A stretch of 64,000 bases of DNA from Chitinophagales bacterium (GCA_046329805.1 JAXLUA010000001.1:86542-150541), one strand, 5' to 3'. Positions 1-10,492 are shown, counted from the stretch's first letter. The notes: generated by a model not told the origin, from the sequence alone. Made by a program: numbers and translations.

Positions 1-1
1 T

Positions 2-442
2 TACTCTATTGCAGAAGTATTGACAAAAAACAACCTTACCATTGACGATATCGATGTATTTGAAATACACGAAGCTTTTGCCGGACAAGTATTAGCCAAC
101 TTAAATGCTTTAGCTTCTGCGGAATGGTGCAAAAAACAATTAGGATTAGACAAACCAATCGGTCGTATTCCGATGAATAAACTTAACCAATGGGGAGGCT
201 CATTATCTATCGGACATCCATTTGGGGCAACAGGCGGTCGTTTGTTGACCATGGCTGCTAATCGCTTACAACATGGCGGAGGAAAATATGCCATTTTAGC
301 GGCTTGCGCAGCCGGAGCACACGGGCATGCCATGTTAATTAAAAGATACGAAACTACTGAACAAAAAGTAAAATCTGCTGCTAAAAATGTAATTGAAAAA
401 GCAGAAGGAAAATTAGAAGATTTAAAAGAAAAAATAAAATAA
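2..442 (+). CDS. acetyl-CoA C-acyltransferase (thiolase), C-terminal fragment; 5' end lies outside the window
   Basis: The frame is open from the window edge to the stop at 440-442. Thiolase C-terminal signatures are present (EIHEAFAGQ, NQWGGSLSIGHPFGATGGR, LAACAAGAHG). It sits directly upstream of a FadB-like gene. Confidence 0.85.
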   Translation, partial: YSIAEVLTKNNLTIDDIDVFEIHEAFAGQVLANLNALASAEWCKKQLGLDKPIGRIPMNKLNQWGGSLSIGHPFGATGGRLLTMAANRLQHGGGKYAILAACAAGAHGHAMLIKRYETTEQKVKSAAKNVIEKAEGKLEDLKEKIK

Positions 443-464
443 TCATCATTTATAAAAATAAAAA

Positions 465-2660
465 ATGGCAACATTAAAACGTGAAGATTATATATCCATC
501 GAAAAAAATGCGAATGGCGTTTGCACCATTTGGATGGATCAGAAAAATGAAAAAATAAATAAAATCGGCCCGGATTTAATCGGCTTATTTGAAGAAGTTT
601 TTGCTGAACTAAATTCTGATAATTCTATCAAAGCATTTGTATTAAGCAGCAAGAAAAAAGATTTTATTGCAGGTGCAGACATCGATGCTTTTAAAAAAGT
701 AAAAAATCCCGGAGATTGGAAACCTATTTCAAGAAAAGGGCATGCAATTTTAAATCAAATTGAAACTTCAAAAAAACCTATCGTTGCAGCCATTCATGGC
801 AATGCTTTAGGAGCAGGATTGGAAATTGCGCTGGCTTGTCAAGCACGTATTGCCTCTAACGATAAATCTACCAAATTGGCATTACCGGAAGTGAAATTAG
901 GCTTACTTCCGGGCGGCGGCGGTACACAACGTTTGCCACGCTTAGTTGGGTTGCAAGCTGCTTTGGATATGATGCTGACCGGTAAAAACGTATTTGCAAA
1001 TCCTGCATTAAAACTTGGATTAGTAGATAAAGTAGTACACGTTACGGCACTACAAAAAGCAGCTCAAAAATTAGCATTGGAATTAGTAGAAAAACCAATT
1101 GTCCGCGAACGCAATACCCTTAATTTAGATACGGTAAAAGCAGGTATTCCTACCCTACAAAAAACGCTGACTAACCTTGTGATGGAAGCTCCTTTAGTAA
1201 ATAAAATTGTGTTTGACCAAGCCAGAAAAATGGTGGACAAACAAGCACATGGCAACTACCCTGCTCCGTACAAAATATTAGAATGTGTGGAAATTGGTTG
1301 GAATCAAGGACTTGAAAAAGGCTACGAAGCAGAAGTAGAAAAATTTGAAGAGCTTATCCTATCGCCTGTTTCGCATCAATTGATTAATATTTTCTTTGCG
1401 ATGACGGAGAAAAAGAAAAACCCGTACGGCGACGATAAGGTAAAACATGTACACCGCATGGGTATGATTGGTGCCGGATTTATGGGTGCAGGAATTGCTG
1501 AAGTATCTATGAATGATGATATTCATGTTTTATTGAAAGACATCAATCAGGAAATGATAAACACTGCGTACAAAACCATTTATAATGATTACGCTAAGCG
1601 TGTGTCTAAAAAAGCAATGACAAAGATTGAGCTGGAAGAGAAAATGACATTACTGTCCGGTAGTTTAAATTATGAAGACCTCGACAATCAAGAATTGATT
1701 ATCGAAGCAGTGTTTGAAGATTTAAAATTAAAACAACGTATCCTTGCCGATGTAGAAGCCAATGCAAAACCAAATACTATTTTTGCTTCTAACACTTCTG
1801 CATTACCACTAAAACATATTGCAGCAAATGCAAAACATCCTGAGTTAGTAATCGGTATGCATTATTTTTCACCGGTACCTAAAATGCCATTATTGGAAAT
1901 AATAAAAACCGATAAAACCGCTGATTGGGTAATTGCTACTTGTTATGATATTGGCGTTCGACAAGGCAAAACGGTGATAGTGGTGAGCGACGGTCCCGGA
2001 TTTTATACCACACGTATCTTGGCGCCACTCATGAATGAATCGCAATTACTTTTAGATGAAGGCGGCGATATTCTGCAAATCGATAAGGAGATGAATTTAT
2101 TCGGATTTCCGGTAGGACCAATTACTTTGGCTGACGAAGTGGGTATCGACGTTGGTGCACATATCATGAGCGGCGAGCTGATGCAGGAAATGTTGGCTTT
2201 ACGTCCGAAATTCAAAGTGAGTAAAACGTTATTAGAGATTTCTAAAGCCGGATACAAAGGCAGAAAAAACAAAAAAGGATTTTACAAATACGACGAAAAG
2301 GGCAAAAAAATTTCCGGACAAGTAGATGCTGATATTTATTCATTTTATGGTGGTAACACACGCAAAAAATTCGATGCAAATGAAATACGCATGCGATGTG
2401 CTATGGCAATGGTAAATGAAGCTGCTCTTTGTTTACAAGAAAATATTATTTCTTCTCCATTAGATGGCGATATCGGTGCTGTATTTGGTTTAGGATTTCC
2501 TCCATTCCGCGGCGGTCCGTTCCGATACATCGACACAGTAGGCGCACAATTTGTTGTAGATACCTTAAACGATTTAACCGCCAAACATGGCGAACGTTTT
2601 GAACCTGCACAAATTTTGGTGGATTATGCAAAAAACAACAAGAAATTTTACACAGAATAA
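465..2660 (+). CDS. multifunctional enoyl-CoA hydratase / 3-hydroxyacyl-CoA dehydrogenase (FadB/FadJ type)
   Basis: 731-aa ORF. The N-terminal crotonase fold shows FIAGADI and GNALGAGLEIALAC. The central NAD-binding Rossmann motif is MGMIGAGFMGAGIA. The 3-hydroxyacyl-CoA dehydrogenase C-terminal region follows. It is paired with a thiolase. Confidence 0.9.
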   Translation: MATLKREDYISIEKNANGVCTIWMDQKNEKINKIGPDLIGLFEEVFAELNSDNSIKAFVLSSKKKDFIAGADIDAFKKVKNPGDWKPISRKGHAILNQIETSKKPIVAAIHGNALGAGLEIALACQARIASNDKSTKLALPEVKLGLLPGGGGTQRLPRLVGLQAALDMMLTGKNVFANPALKLGLVDKVVHVTALQKAAQKLALELVEKPIVRERNTLNLDTVKAGIPTLQKTLTNLVMEAPLVNKIVFDQARKMVDKQAHGNYPAPYKILECVEIGWNQGLEKGYEAEVEKFEELILSPVSHQLINIFFAMTEKKKNPYGDDKVKHVHRMGMIGAGFMGAGIAEVSMNDDIHVLLKDINQEMINTAYKTIYNDYAKRVSKKAMTKIELEEKMTLLSGSLNYEDLDNQELIIEAVFEDLKLKQRILADVEANAKPNTIFASNTSALPLKHIAANAKHPELVIGMHYFSPVPKMPLLEIIKTDKTADWVIATCYDIGVRQGKTVIVVSDGPGFYTTRILAPLMNESQLLLDEGGDILQIDKEMNLFGFPVGPITLADEVGIDVGAHIMSGELMQEMLALRPKFKVSKTLLEISKAGYKGRKNKKGFYKYDEKGKKISGQVDADIYSFYGGNTRKKFDANEIRMRCAMAMVNEAALCLQENIISSPLDGDIGAVFGLGFPPFRGGPFRYIDTVGAQFVVDTLNDLTAKHGERFEPAQILVDYAKNNKKFYTE

Positions 2661-2680
2661 ATTGTAAAATCACTCCACAA

Positions 2681-2718
2681 GAAAGCCGGATACAACTGTA
2701 TTCGGCTTTCTTTGTTTT
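2681..2718 (+). terminator. Rho-independent terminator after the FadB-like gene
   Basis: gaaagccg (2681-2688) pairs with cggctttc (2703-2710) and is followed by tttgtttt. Confidence 0.6.
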
Positions 2719-2852
2719 AAATTAATGCATAAACGAATTATAGTAAACCTATACAAGTCCGATTAAAAACAAATGAAGATTAATTCTTATGCATTTCAAT
2801 GCACACAAAAAAGTTTGGCAAACAATTTGAATATCCTTATAAAAATTATTTT

Positions 2853-3608
2853 ATGAAGAAAACACTATTTTATCTGATTATGGCAATATCGCCAATTATC
2901 GGATTTTCAAAAACTATCCCTACAGATGTAAAATTAACCCTGAAAAAACTAAACGGAAAAACAATAAAAAGCACAACCGTTTATTTTACTATTGACGCAA
3001 AGAAGAAAAGTTTATACGGAAAAAGTGGCTGCAACAACTTTAACCTAAGCTATACGGCAAATAAAGAACAAACACAAATAACTACCGGCAAAGGAATGAG
3101 CACTATGATGGCTTGTGATGAAGTAAGCATGAATTTGGAAAATGATTTTTTAAAAGCAATTCAAGACAAAAAATTTACGATAGCCACAAAAGGAAATATC
3201 GTACAATTTAAAAATGTAAAGGGGAAAATTGTGCTGGAGCTGGAACAACAAACAACACAAAGCGTTTGGAACTACATTGGCAAAAATAATTGGAAATTAA
3301 TTTCGCTAAACAATGTAAGTCAAGAATATGGTGATGCTGCCTTAAAATTTGACGTAAAAACTAAAACAGTAAACGGCAATACGGGTTGCAATCGCTTTTT
3401 TGGTAATTACAAAGTAAATGGCGAATATATTACTTTTGCGCAAATGGGAGCAACAAAAATGGCGTGCGCAAATACGGAGGTAAATAAAACGGAAACTGAG
3501 CTTTTGAAAATATTTTCAGACAGAAAACTCCGTTTTGATGTAGCTGACCAAACGCTTAATTTCTATGACGGCGACCGCTTAGTAGCAATGTATGGCATAG
3601 TGCGATAG
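2853..3608 (+). CDS. META-domain (HslJ-like) secreted protein with two tandem META modules
   Basis: The start was moved to the ATG at 2853, which gives the signal peptide MKKTLFYLIMAISPIIGF. Two copies of the META-like pattern are present (SGCNNFNLSY...MMACDE and TGCNRFFGNY...KMACAN). Confidence 0.6.
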   Translation: MKKTLFYLIMAISPIIGFSKTIPTDVKLTLKKLNGKTIKSTTVYFTIDAKKKSLYGKSGCNNFNLSYTANKEQTQITTGKGMSTMMACDEVSMNLENDFLKAIQDKKFTIATKGNIVQFKNVKGKIVLELEQQTTQSVWNYIGKNNWKLISLNNVSQEYGDAALKFDVKTKTVNGNTGCNRFFGNYKVNGEYITFAQMGATKMACANTEVNKTETELLKIFSDRKLRFDVADQTLNFYDGDRLVAMYGIVR

Positions 3609-3620
3609 CAAATTAGAAAA

Positions 3621-4358
3621 TCAACCTAAAATCAGTCGGATTTTTTCTTTGTATGCTTCCATTTCATGTATATTGAAATGATCGGCATATTCTATAGCAA
3701 AGAAATGCGCTGGAGATTTTAGAAATGGAATCAATTTTTCTGCAATAGAAATCGGAATTAGTTTATCCTTTGTGCCGTGTAAAATATAACTTTTGCACGG
3801 CACTTTTGGTAAGTAAAGGAAATTTTCCAACTTGAAATGCAATCTATTAAAAGTAAATAATTTCACTTTATGCTGAAACAAATCGGGCATGCTGTAATAC
3901 GGAGAAATCAATATCAATGCCATAGCCGAAATTTTAGTAGCTAAGTTGCTTGCCAGCGCAGTACCCAATGATCTTCCTGCAATAATCCATGCTGTAGTGG
4001 GCGGCAATAAATCGCGTACTTTTATAAACGTAGATTCTACTACTTTATACAACAAAGGTGCTGTAAGTACTCCTTTGCTTTTACCGTATTTCGGATAATC
4101 CATCATCACTACATCATAGCCGTTTTCTATAAATAAATCTGTTTTGGGTAAATGATATTGAATATGATTTAACGTTCCGTGTAAAAAGAATACGATTCCT
4201 TTTGGCTGTACCGTTTGGACATGAACGACATTGATTTGGAAAGAATTTCCTTCTATGTTAAAATCGAAAAAATATTCTGTTAATGGGAAACGGCCTTTAA
4301 ACACATATTGCTGAGGTAATTTTTTGGGTCGGAAGATAATTTGCTGTTCCAATAACAT
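3621..4358 (-). CDS. alpha/beta-fold hydrolase
   Basis: 245-aa ORF with an HG oxyanion motif (FFLHGT), a GxSxG nucleophile elbow (AGRSLGTA), and a C-terminal D/H pair (HGTKDKL, ADHFN). Confidence 0.7.
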   Translation of the reverse strand: MLLEQQIIFRPKKLPQQYVFKGRFPLTEYFFDFNIEGNSFQINVVHVQTVQPKGIVFFLHGTLNHIQYHLPKTDLFIENGYDVVMMDYPKYGKSKGVLTAPLLYKVVESTFIKVRDLLPPTTAWIIAGRSLGTALASNLATKISAMALILISPYYSMPDLFQHKVKLFTFNRLHFKLENFLYLPKVPCKSYILHGTKDKLIPISIAEKLIPFLKSPAHFFAIEYADHFNIHEMEAYKEKIRLILG

Positions 4359-4363
4359 TTTCT

Positions 4364-4394
4364 AAAATAAAAAAAGACTTGGAAAACTCCAAGC
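4364..4394 (-). terminator. candidate terminator for the glutathione peroxidase gene
   Basis: On the minus strand the hairpin cttgga/tccaag (plus-strand 4378-4393) is followed by a T-run (plus-strand A-run at 4366-4375). Confidence 0.4.
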
Positions 4395-4419
4395 CTTGGT
4401 TCTTATTCTAGACTTTGTT

Positions 4420-5010
4420 TTATTTTAACAAGTCATCTATATTTTGCAGAAACTCCTGATCTTTCACTGTTGTTCTCGGAGCAATGGCACATACCACTTT
4501 GCCGTCTTTATTAATAATGAATTTTTGGTAATTCCATTTCACCGGAGCATCTACCACGCCGTTTTCGTCTTTAGTGGTCAAGTATTTATACAGAGGGTCG
4601 ATATCGTCGCCTTTTACAGATATTTTGGAGAACATAGGAAAAGTAACACCGTAATTTTTTGTACAAAATGCTTTTATTTCTGTATTGCTCAACGGCTCTT
4701 GCCCTAAGAAATTATTCGCCGGAAATCCTAATACTACAACGCCTTTGTCTTGGTATTTTTTATAAAACTCTTCTAGTTCACTCAACTGACCTACTAAGCC
4801 GCATTGGCTGGCCGTATTTACAATTACCACAATTTTGCCTTTATATTTTGACAAAGACACCGAATTTCCATCTATATCTTTCATAGTGAAATCATAGATT
4901 GTTTTCCCTGAATTGGCAGCATTAGCAGTTGTAGCACTCTTTGCATTACAACCCACTGCAAAAATAAGCATTGCAATAAAAACACTCCAAACTTTCATTT
5001 TCTTATTCAT
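4420..5010 (-). CDS. glutathione peroxidase family protein, lipoprotein-type signal
   Basis: GPx signatures are VNTASQCGL (peroxidatic Cys), FPANNFLGQEP and KWNYQKFII. The start was chosen at MNKKMKVW, which gives a signal peptide with the lipobox-like sequence FAVGC. Confidence 0.9.
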   Translation of the reverse strand: MNKKMKVWSVFIAMLIFAVGCNAKSATTANAANSGKTIYDFTMKDIDGNSVSLSKYKGKIVVIVNTASQCGLVGQLSELEEFYKKYQDKGVVVLGFPANNFLGQEPLSNTEIKAFCTKNYGVTFPMFSKISVKGDDIDPLYKYLTTKDENGVVDAPVKWNYQKFIINKDGKVVCAIAPRTTVKDQEFLQNIDDLLK

Positions 5011-5251
5011 TGTATAAAACATAACAATATTAGCATTAAATAAGTTCAAAATCAAACTTTTAACCTAAGATATCAAAATCTGTTCCAACTATAATTTTTA
5101 TTTTATTTCGTACACCTCCACTACCGGGCAAGCAGCACAACCTTCCATTAATTTTCATTTTATTGTATTTTATGTGAATTTTAGAAGTAATTTATCTATA
5201 AACGTTGAATCTTTTGAATTTTATGAAATACCTTCGCAGTATAATAATTTT

Positions 5252-5953
5252 ATGGAATCTAAATCCAACAACCACCGTAAATTTCACATTTTTATCGTAG
5301 ATAAAGATAAAGCCGGAATCGACAAAACACTTTCTGCCTTAAAATCAGAACAATATAAATTCACAGAAGTTACAAAAATAAAAGACCTGCCCGCTGCACT
5401 AAAAAAAGAAAAAGCCGACTTGGTTGTTTTAGATGTGGACTTAAATGATGCGGATGGAGTAGAGCTCTGCTGGGATATCCGTGCAGAAGCTTCATTAGCC
5501 AAGTTACCAATTGTATTTTATTCGGAGCGTGCTGACGATTTTACGCAAATTGCAGCCTTTGAAGCCGGAGCCGACGAGTTTGTTCCCAAAACCGCTCGAA
5601 ACAGATTATATGCAAGCCGGATAAAAGCAGTATTGCGCCGGAGCTACGACAAAGAAGAAACGCCTAAAGAAATAAAGAGATTTGGCAACATAGATATTGA
5701 TGAAGAGCAAGTAATCATCTTCAAAAAAGGGGAACCTTTAAAACTCTCTAAAAAAGAATTTCAGTTAGTATTACTGCTCACCTCGCAGCCCGGAAAAGTG
5801 TTTAAACGAAACTATATACTCTTAAAAGTTTGGGGCGACGATATCATTGTCGGCGATAGAAATATCGATACGCACATAAAAAAAATACGAAAAAAATTAG
5901 GCAAGCAACACATCGAAACGGTACGCGGAATCGGGTATAAATTTATTCCATAA
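5252..5953 (+). CDS. OmpR/PhoB-type response regulator (receiver + winged-helix)
   Basis: Receiver acidic pocket (IFIVDKD, LVVLDVDLNDADG). The C-terminal trans_reg_C pattern shows LSKKEFQLVLLL, RNIDTHIKKIRKKL and VRGIGYKF. The start at the internal ATG is preferred over the GTG at 5174. Confidence 0.8.
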   Translation: MESKSNNHRKFHIFIVDKDKAGIDKTLSALKSEQYKFTEVTKIKDLPAALKKEKADLVVLDVDLNDADGVELCWDIRAEASLAKLPIVFYSERADDFTQIAAFEAGADEFVPKTARNRLYASRIKAVLRRSYDKEETPKEIKRFGNIDIDEEQVIIFKKGEPLKLSKKEFQLVLLLTSQPGKVFKRNYILLKVWGDDIIVGDRNIDTHIKKIRKKLGKQHIETVRGIGYKFIP

Positions 5954-6009
5954 AAAAATAGGAAAAATAGGCTGTAGTTGCCTTTTTTGTACATATTATT
6001 ATAGTATAA

Positions 6010-7374
6010 CTATGATTTACTCCAACGGTTATAAAACGAAGTCATCCAATCTATTTCAGTAAGTGGTTTCGCCTGTTGTATTTCTTCTTGAACACTTAAA
6101 AAATCTTCTTTTTTAGAATTAATTATTTTATTTAGCAACCGATAAAAATTCCTATAATTAGATGTGTATTCTTCATTTATCTCTTTATTAGTATAAATAT
6201 ATTTCTTAAATGCATTAAGGTTGCTTTCCAACACATCAATATAATCTTCATTTACTATAGCCAACTCGGCAAAAGTTTTTATTTGCAAAACCCGGCTGCT
6301 TAGCTTAAAAAAAACATCTGTAAACTTAGATTGGGAAAGCAACTTCAATACATCGTCAAATTTCTTTTTGTAAAAATATATATGAGCAATATTATATGCA
6401 TATACATCCTCTTGTTCTTCTTGTGGCAAGAAACTTTTATACTGCTCGGCAAATTGTTCTGCGTAATCCAATTTATTTAAACGCAAACTTATTGTTACAA
6501 CATTTTTATAAAATGCCGGCAGTAAATACCCACTTTCTTCGAATGCTAAATTATTATCTAATAGAAAAATATATGCATTCAATAAATGCGTATAAAACTC
6601 CGGATTATTGGTATTTATTTTACGAATACAAATGTTCACAAAAATTACGGTAATGGTTTTTAAATCATCCAAAGCAATATTTGAAGAAACTGAAATAAAT
6701 TTTTCCCACAGCAGCAAATAATCAGTCGTTTCATTTTGTACAATTAGTAAGCATAATTCTTTATAAATAAAATGCAAATCGCTGTTCAATGGGGTTTCTA
6801 ATAAAGTATTATGTAGATTTATTTCTGATAAACATTTAATTTTTTGAGATTCTATTTCATAATGCGCTTGTAAATATTCATGTAATTTTGAATAATCACT
6901 ATATCGTTGATTATAGCTCAAATCATGCTGAATTCTTAAATGCTCCATTCGATGCAGCATATAATATTTACTACTGCTCTCCTTAGTGCTACTTAATTCC
7001 TCGAGCAATAAAAACATCTGTTGTTTAAAATATTTATCTAATGCATTTTTCTGATAATGATCAGCAAGTATATAATATTGTTTCGCATTATCTTGACGTA
7101 TTGCTGTTTGAATAATAATCCACTCACATATCTTAACCCCTTCATTTAATAGTTTTTGTAATTTTTTTTCGTCGATATTATTTTTAAAAACTTTTTTAAT
7201 TACATTTTCTCTGCTCAACTTTTCTTCATTATTTTTTTTATTTAACCATTTTGACAAATAATGAAATAATTCCACAGATAATTTATCTGATTGTTCTATA
7301 AAATACTGTTCAACCTCATCAAGTTGTTTTTTTGTTAACGTCTTGAGTATTTCAAAATATTTTGATTTATGCAT
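6010..7374 (-). CDS. hypothetical all-alpha protein (TPR-like repeats possible)
   Basis: Long 454-aa ORF with no competing frame. No recognisable catalytic motif. It is divergent from the repeat-rich OMP gene. Confidence 0.5.
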   Translation of the reverse strand: MHKSKYFEILKTLTKKQLDEVEQYFIEQSDKLSVELFHYLSKWLNKKNNEEKLSRENVIKKVFKNNIDEKKLQKLLNEGVKICEWIIIQTAIRQDNAKQYYILADHYQKNALDKYFKQQMFLLLEELSSTKESSSKYYMLHRMEHLRIQHDLSYNQRYSDYSKLHEYLQAHYEIESQKIKCLSEINLHNTLLETPLNSDLHFIYKELCLLIVQNETTDYLLLWEKFISVSSNIALDDLKTITVIFVNICIRKINTNNPEFYTHLLNAYIFLLDNNLAFEESGYLLPAFYKNVVTISLRLNKLDYAEQFAEQYKSFLPQEEQEDVYAYNIAHIYFYKKKFDDVLKLLSQSKFTDVFFKLSSRVLQIKTFAELAIVNEDYIDVLESNLNAFKKYIYTNKEINEEYTSNYRNFYRLLNKIINSKKEDFLSVQEEIQQAKPLTEIDWMTSFYNRWSKS

Positions 7375-7623
7375 ATCGTTATAAAATCAGGTACAAATTG
7401 AGTTAAAATTAAGCAATTGTAATTGTAAGAAAGTATCTATTTTTTAGACTAAATGGCTTTTTCATAACTAAGTACAAATAATTGATATTCTATAACTTAA
7501 ACCTTAAAACTACGCAAATACAGTATAAAAATGCGCTAAAAATTCAGACTAAAAATAGAAAATTGTAATTTATTATACAGGTACTTTCATTCAAATTTAC
7601 AATATCATTTAAATAGGAGTTTT

Positions 7624-9957
7624 ATGAAAACACGTACAACAACAATGAAATTTTTGCTTTGTACATTTTTGCTAGTATCTGTATCTTTTCAATTAGTTGC
7701 ACAAACAACATTAAACGCTATGTCAAAAAACAAGCAAGTTATTTCAGTTTTATCCATTGATGCAGGAGCTTCTCTTTTAGGCGGAGCTATGCCAAATAAT
7801 AGTATGCTTGGCAATGGCGTCTCTGCGTCTATCAATGCTTATTTCCCAGTATGGAAAATAAAAACTACGCCTACTTTTAAAGCTACATTTGGTTTGAATG
7901 TCGGAATAGGTGTACAATCTCTATCTAACCGCCCTCCTAAACAAAATATTTTGCCATCTGCTTTTAATATTCAAAATCAATCAGGAGCTCCTATTCTTAC
8001 AAACAAGATAGGTAGCTCCAATTGGAAAACCTCCGCTTTACCAGAAGCCGGCATTCAGGCAGAATTGACTGTGCATAATTTCAACATCACTCCTATTTTA
8101 AACTTGGGATTTGCCAAATTTAAAGGGAATACAGACACACTAACACAAAAAGGTTCTTTTAATGGGAAAGAACAACAAAAAGATATTTATACTCAAGAGG
8201 TGAAAGACATAAAAGGCTTGGTTGTAAGTCCAAAATTACGCTTAGGATATTCATTTAAAAACGTAGGAATTTATATGGAAGGAAGTTATACATTCGTTAA
8301 CAGCGGTACATCAAGCACCTCTACTTTTAAACCGAATGGAGAACCTTCAAAAGAAGGCACCTATTCTATCGACCAAATTATAAGTGGAAGTTACATTAAA
8401 AAAGAAACAACAAAAAAATTCAATTCTTATGGTATAAAATTCGGAATAAGCATTCCGCTCGGAAGGTCGATTGATGAACCTGGAATTTCTGTAAAAAGTG
8501 ATCCGAAACCTAAAAAGAAAAAAGCAAATGCTTTAGTAAGAACTGGTAATAATGGGGGGAAGGGCATTGTAACTGGAACAGGTGGAAACGCAAAAGGTAT
8601 CAATGAAGCTGGTATAAAAGTAGTAGAAGAACAAAACGAAGCAAGAAAAGGCTGGGATGGTACGGTAAAAGGAAAACCTGCCGTAGTTGAAGAACAAAAT
8701 GAAGCAAGAAAAGGCTGGGATGGTACTGTGAAGAATGGTTCAACAAAAGTAGTAGAGGACAACGATGCATCAATTCGGAAAGGTTGGGATGGTACGGTAA
8801 AAGGAAAACCTGCTGTAGTTGAAGAACAAAATGAAGCAAGAAAAGGCTGGGACGGCACTGTGAAGAATGGTTCAACTAAAGTAGTAGAGGACAACGATGC
8901 ATCAATTCGGAAAGGTTGGGATGGTACGGTAAAAGGAAAACCTGCTGTAGTTGAAGAACAAAACGAAGCAAGAAAAGGCTGGGACGGTACGGTGAAGAAT
9001 GGTTCAACTAAAGCAGTTGAAGAACAAAGCGAAGCTAGAAAAGGTTGGGATGGTACGGTGAAGAATGGTTCAACTAAGGCAGTTGAAGAACAAAACGAAG
9101 CAAGAAAAGGTTGGGATGGTACGGTGAAGAATGGTTCAACTAAAGCAGTAGAAGAACAAGACGAAGCTAGAAAAGGTTGGGACGGTACTGTAAAGAATGG
9201 TTCAACTAAAGCAGTAGAGGACAACGATGCATCAATTCGGAAAGGTTGGGACGGTACGGTGAAGAATGGTTCAACTAAAGTAGTTGAAGAACAAAACGAA
9301 GCCAAAAAAGGATGGGATGGCACGGTGAAGAATGGTTCAACTAAAGCAGTTGAAGAACAAAACGAAGCAAGAAAAGGCTGGGACGGGTCTGTAAAAGGTA
9401 ATAGCAAAGGAATACAAGAAGCCGGTATAAAAAGACAAGAAGATATGCCTAAAAACAATGTGAAAGATTTAAGCACAGAACCAACTGCACCACAACCGCA
9501 AAACCAACCCACCACAAACACAACAAAAAGTAACACTAAGGATAAAGCAATTCAGAATTCTGAGGATACAACAAGCACGTCTGGTAGAAGTTCTGGCGAA
9601 AATCCAATGTTTGAAGGAACTGGAAGTGCAAGGCCGGGAAATCCAATTCCGGGAATTATTGTAAAAGGCGGGAAAAATCCGGGAGCACAAAAAATAACGT
9701 TAACCAGTAACAACAACGGTGAGGTTTCTCTAAATAATTTAGAAATCGGAAGTTATGCTTTTGAAGTATCAAAGCCGGGGCAATCACCTAATGGAGTTAT
9801 TGTAAAAGGCGAAAAAATTTCAGGGGGGCAAATGCAAATCATCAACAATAATAATGGAAAATTTGAGTTTACTATTTCAGAAAAAGGAAATTATAAAATT
9901 CAATTTTCAACACCAAACACAAATTCAAAAGGAATACAAGAAGCCGGTATAAAATAA
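7624..9957 (+). CDS. secreted repeat protein: OMP beta-barrel-like N-domain + 12 KGWDGTVK repeats + two small beta-sandwich-like modules
   Basis: Signal peptide (MKFLLCTFLLVSVSFQLVAQ). The N-terminal ~270 aa show an alternating beta-strand pattern. A tandem repeat array follows. The C-terminus carries two G(I/V)IVKG...NNNG...(Y)xF(E/T) modules. Confidence 0.7.
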   Translation: MKTRTTTMKFLLCTFLLVSVSFQLVAQTTLNAMSKNKQVISVLSIDAGASLLGGAMPNNSMLGNGVSASINAYFPVWKIKTTPTFKATFGLNVGIGVQSLSNRPPKQNILPSAFNIQNQSGAPILTNKIGSSNWKTSALPEAGIQAELTVHNFNITPILNLGFAKFKGNTDTLTQKGSFNGKEQQKDIYTQEVKDIKGLVVSPKLRLGYSFKNVGIYMEGSYTFVNSGTSSTSTFKPNGEPSKEGTYSIDQIISGSYIKKETTKKFNSYGIKFGISIPLGRSIDEPGISVKSDPKPKKKKANALVRTGNNGGKGIVTGTGGNAKGINEAGIKVVEEQNEARKGWDGTVKGKPAVVEEQNEARKGWDGTVKNGSTKVVEDNDASIRKGWDGTVKGKPAVVEEQNEARKGWDGTVKNGSTKVVEDNDASIRKGWDGTVKGKPAVVEEQNEARKGWDGTVKNGSTKAVEEQSEARKGWDGTVKNGSTKAVEEQNEARKGWDGTVKNGSTKAVEEQDEARKGWDGTVKNGSTKAVEDNDASIRKGWDGTVKNGSTKVVEEQNEAKKGWDGTVKNGSTKAVEEQNEARKGWDGSVKGNSKGIQEAGIKRQEDMPKNNVKDLSTEPTAPQPQNQPTTNTTKSNTKDKAIQNSEDTTSTSGRSSGENPMFEGTGSARPGNPIPGIIVKGGKNPGAQKITLTSNNNGEVSLNNLEIGSYAFEVSKPGQSPNGVIVKGEKISGGQMQIINNNNGKFEFTISEKGNYKIQFSTPNTNSKGIQEAGIK
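8620..9405 (+). repeat. 12 tandem in-frame 63-69 bp coding repeats
   Basis: Each unit encodes (V/A)VE(EQNEA|DNDASI)(R/K)KGWDG(T/S)VK(NGSTK|GKPA). Units were counted directly in the translation. Confidence 0.9.
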
Positions 9958-9989
9958 TCGTATAATTGTAAATATTAAACAACATTATT

Positions 9990-10364
9990 ATGAAAACAAA
10001 AATTGTATTAATCACTCTCACCTTAACACTATTTATTTTTGGATGCAAAAAGGAAAACTTACAATCAATAAACCAATTTAAATTCACATCTATTACCGGA
10101 AATAAAACTGGCACTACAGGAACTATATTAATGGGATGGAAAGATGCAAAAAATACCAGTTGGAAAATTAAAGTAATAAACCCTGATGGTACCGTGCGTT
10201 TGAATACCAATTGGGATAGCCCACAAATGCAAATCACCAATTTAGGATTAGATTCCACTTATGCATTTTCTGTAACCGGAGTTAAGGATACTACGCAAGG
10301 TGGTAGCTTTAATGCCCGCATCGGTACAATGGGAGATGTAATGATTGGAGAGCAAAAACCTTAA
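9990..10364 (+). CDS. small lipoprotein, hypothetical
   Basis: Signal peptide with lipobox (LFIFGCKKE). 124 aa. Followed by the hairpin tagcaacc/ggttgcta at 10396-10420. Confidence 0.6.
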   Translation: MKTKIVLITLTLTLFIFGCKKENLQSINQFKFTSITGNKTGTTGTILMGWKDAKNTSWKIKVINPDGTVRLNTNWDSPQMQITNLGLDSTYAFSVTGVKDTTQGGSFNARIGTMGDVMIGEQKP

Positions 10365-10492
10365 ATTCTCTTTTTTTCATAAAGCTTCTTAGTTGTAGCA
10401 ACCTCATTTTGGGGTTGCTATTACATTTACACATTAAACAACATTAACTTAAATTGTAGGTTTAACAGAAACTCCTTATTTTTGTGTGACTT

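Noticed and set aside
1-474. 157-aa minus-strand ORF at the window start.
   Set aside because: It is antisense to the thiolase C-terminal coding region, which has strong family signatures.
8427-9536. 369-aa minus-strand ORF, plus the 91-aa ORF at 8600-8875, opposite the KGWDGTVK repeat region.
   Set aside because: Antisense to a much longer, signal-peptide-bearing plus-strand ORF. It stays open only because the repeat lacks stops on the reverse frame.
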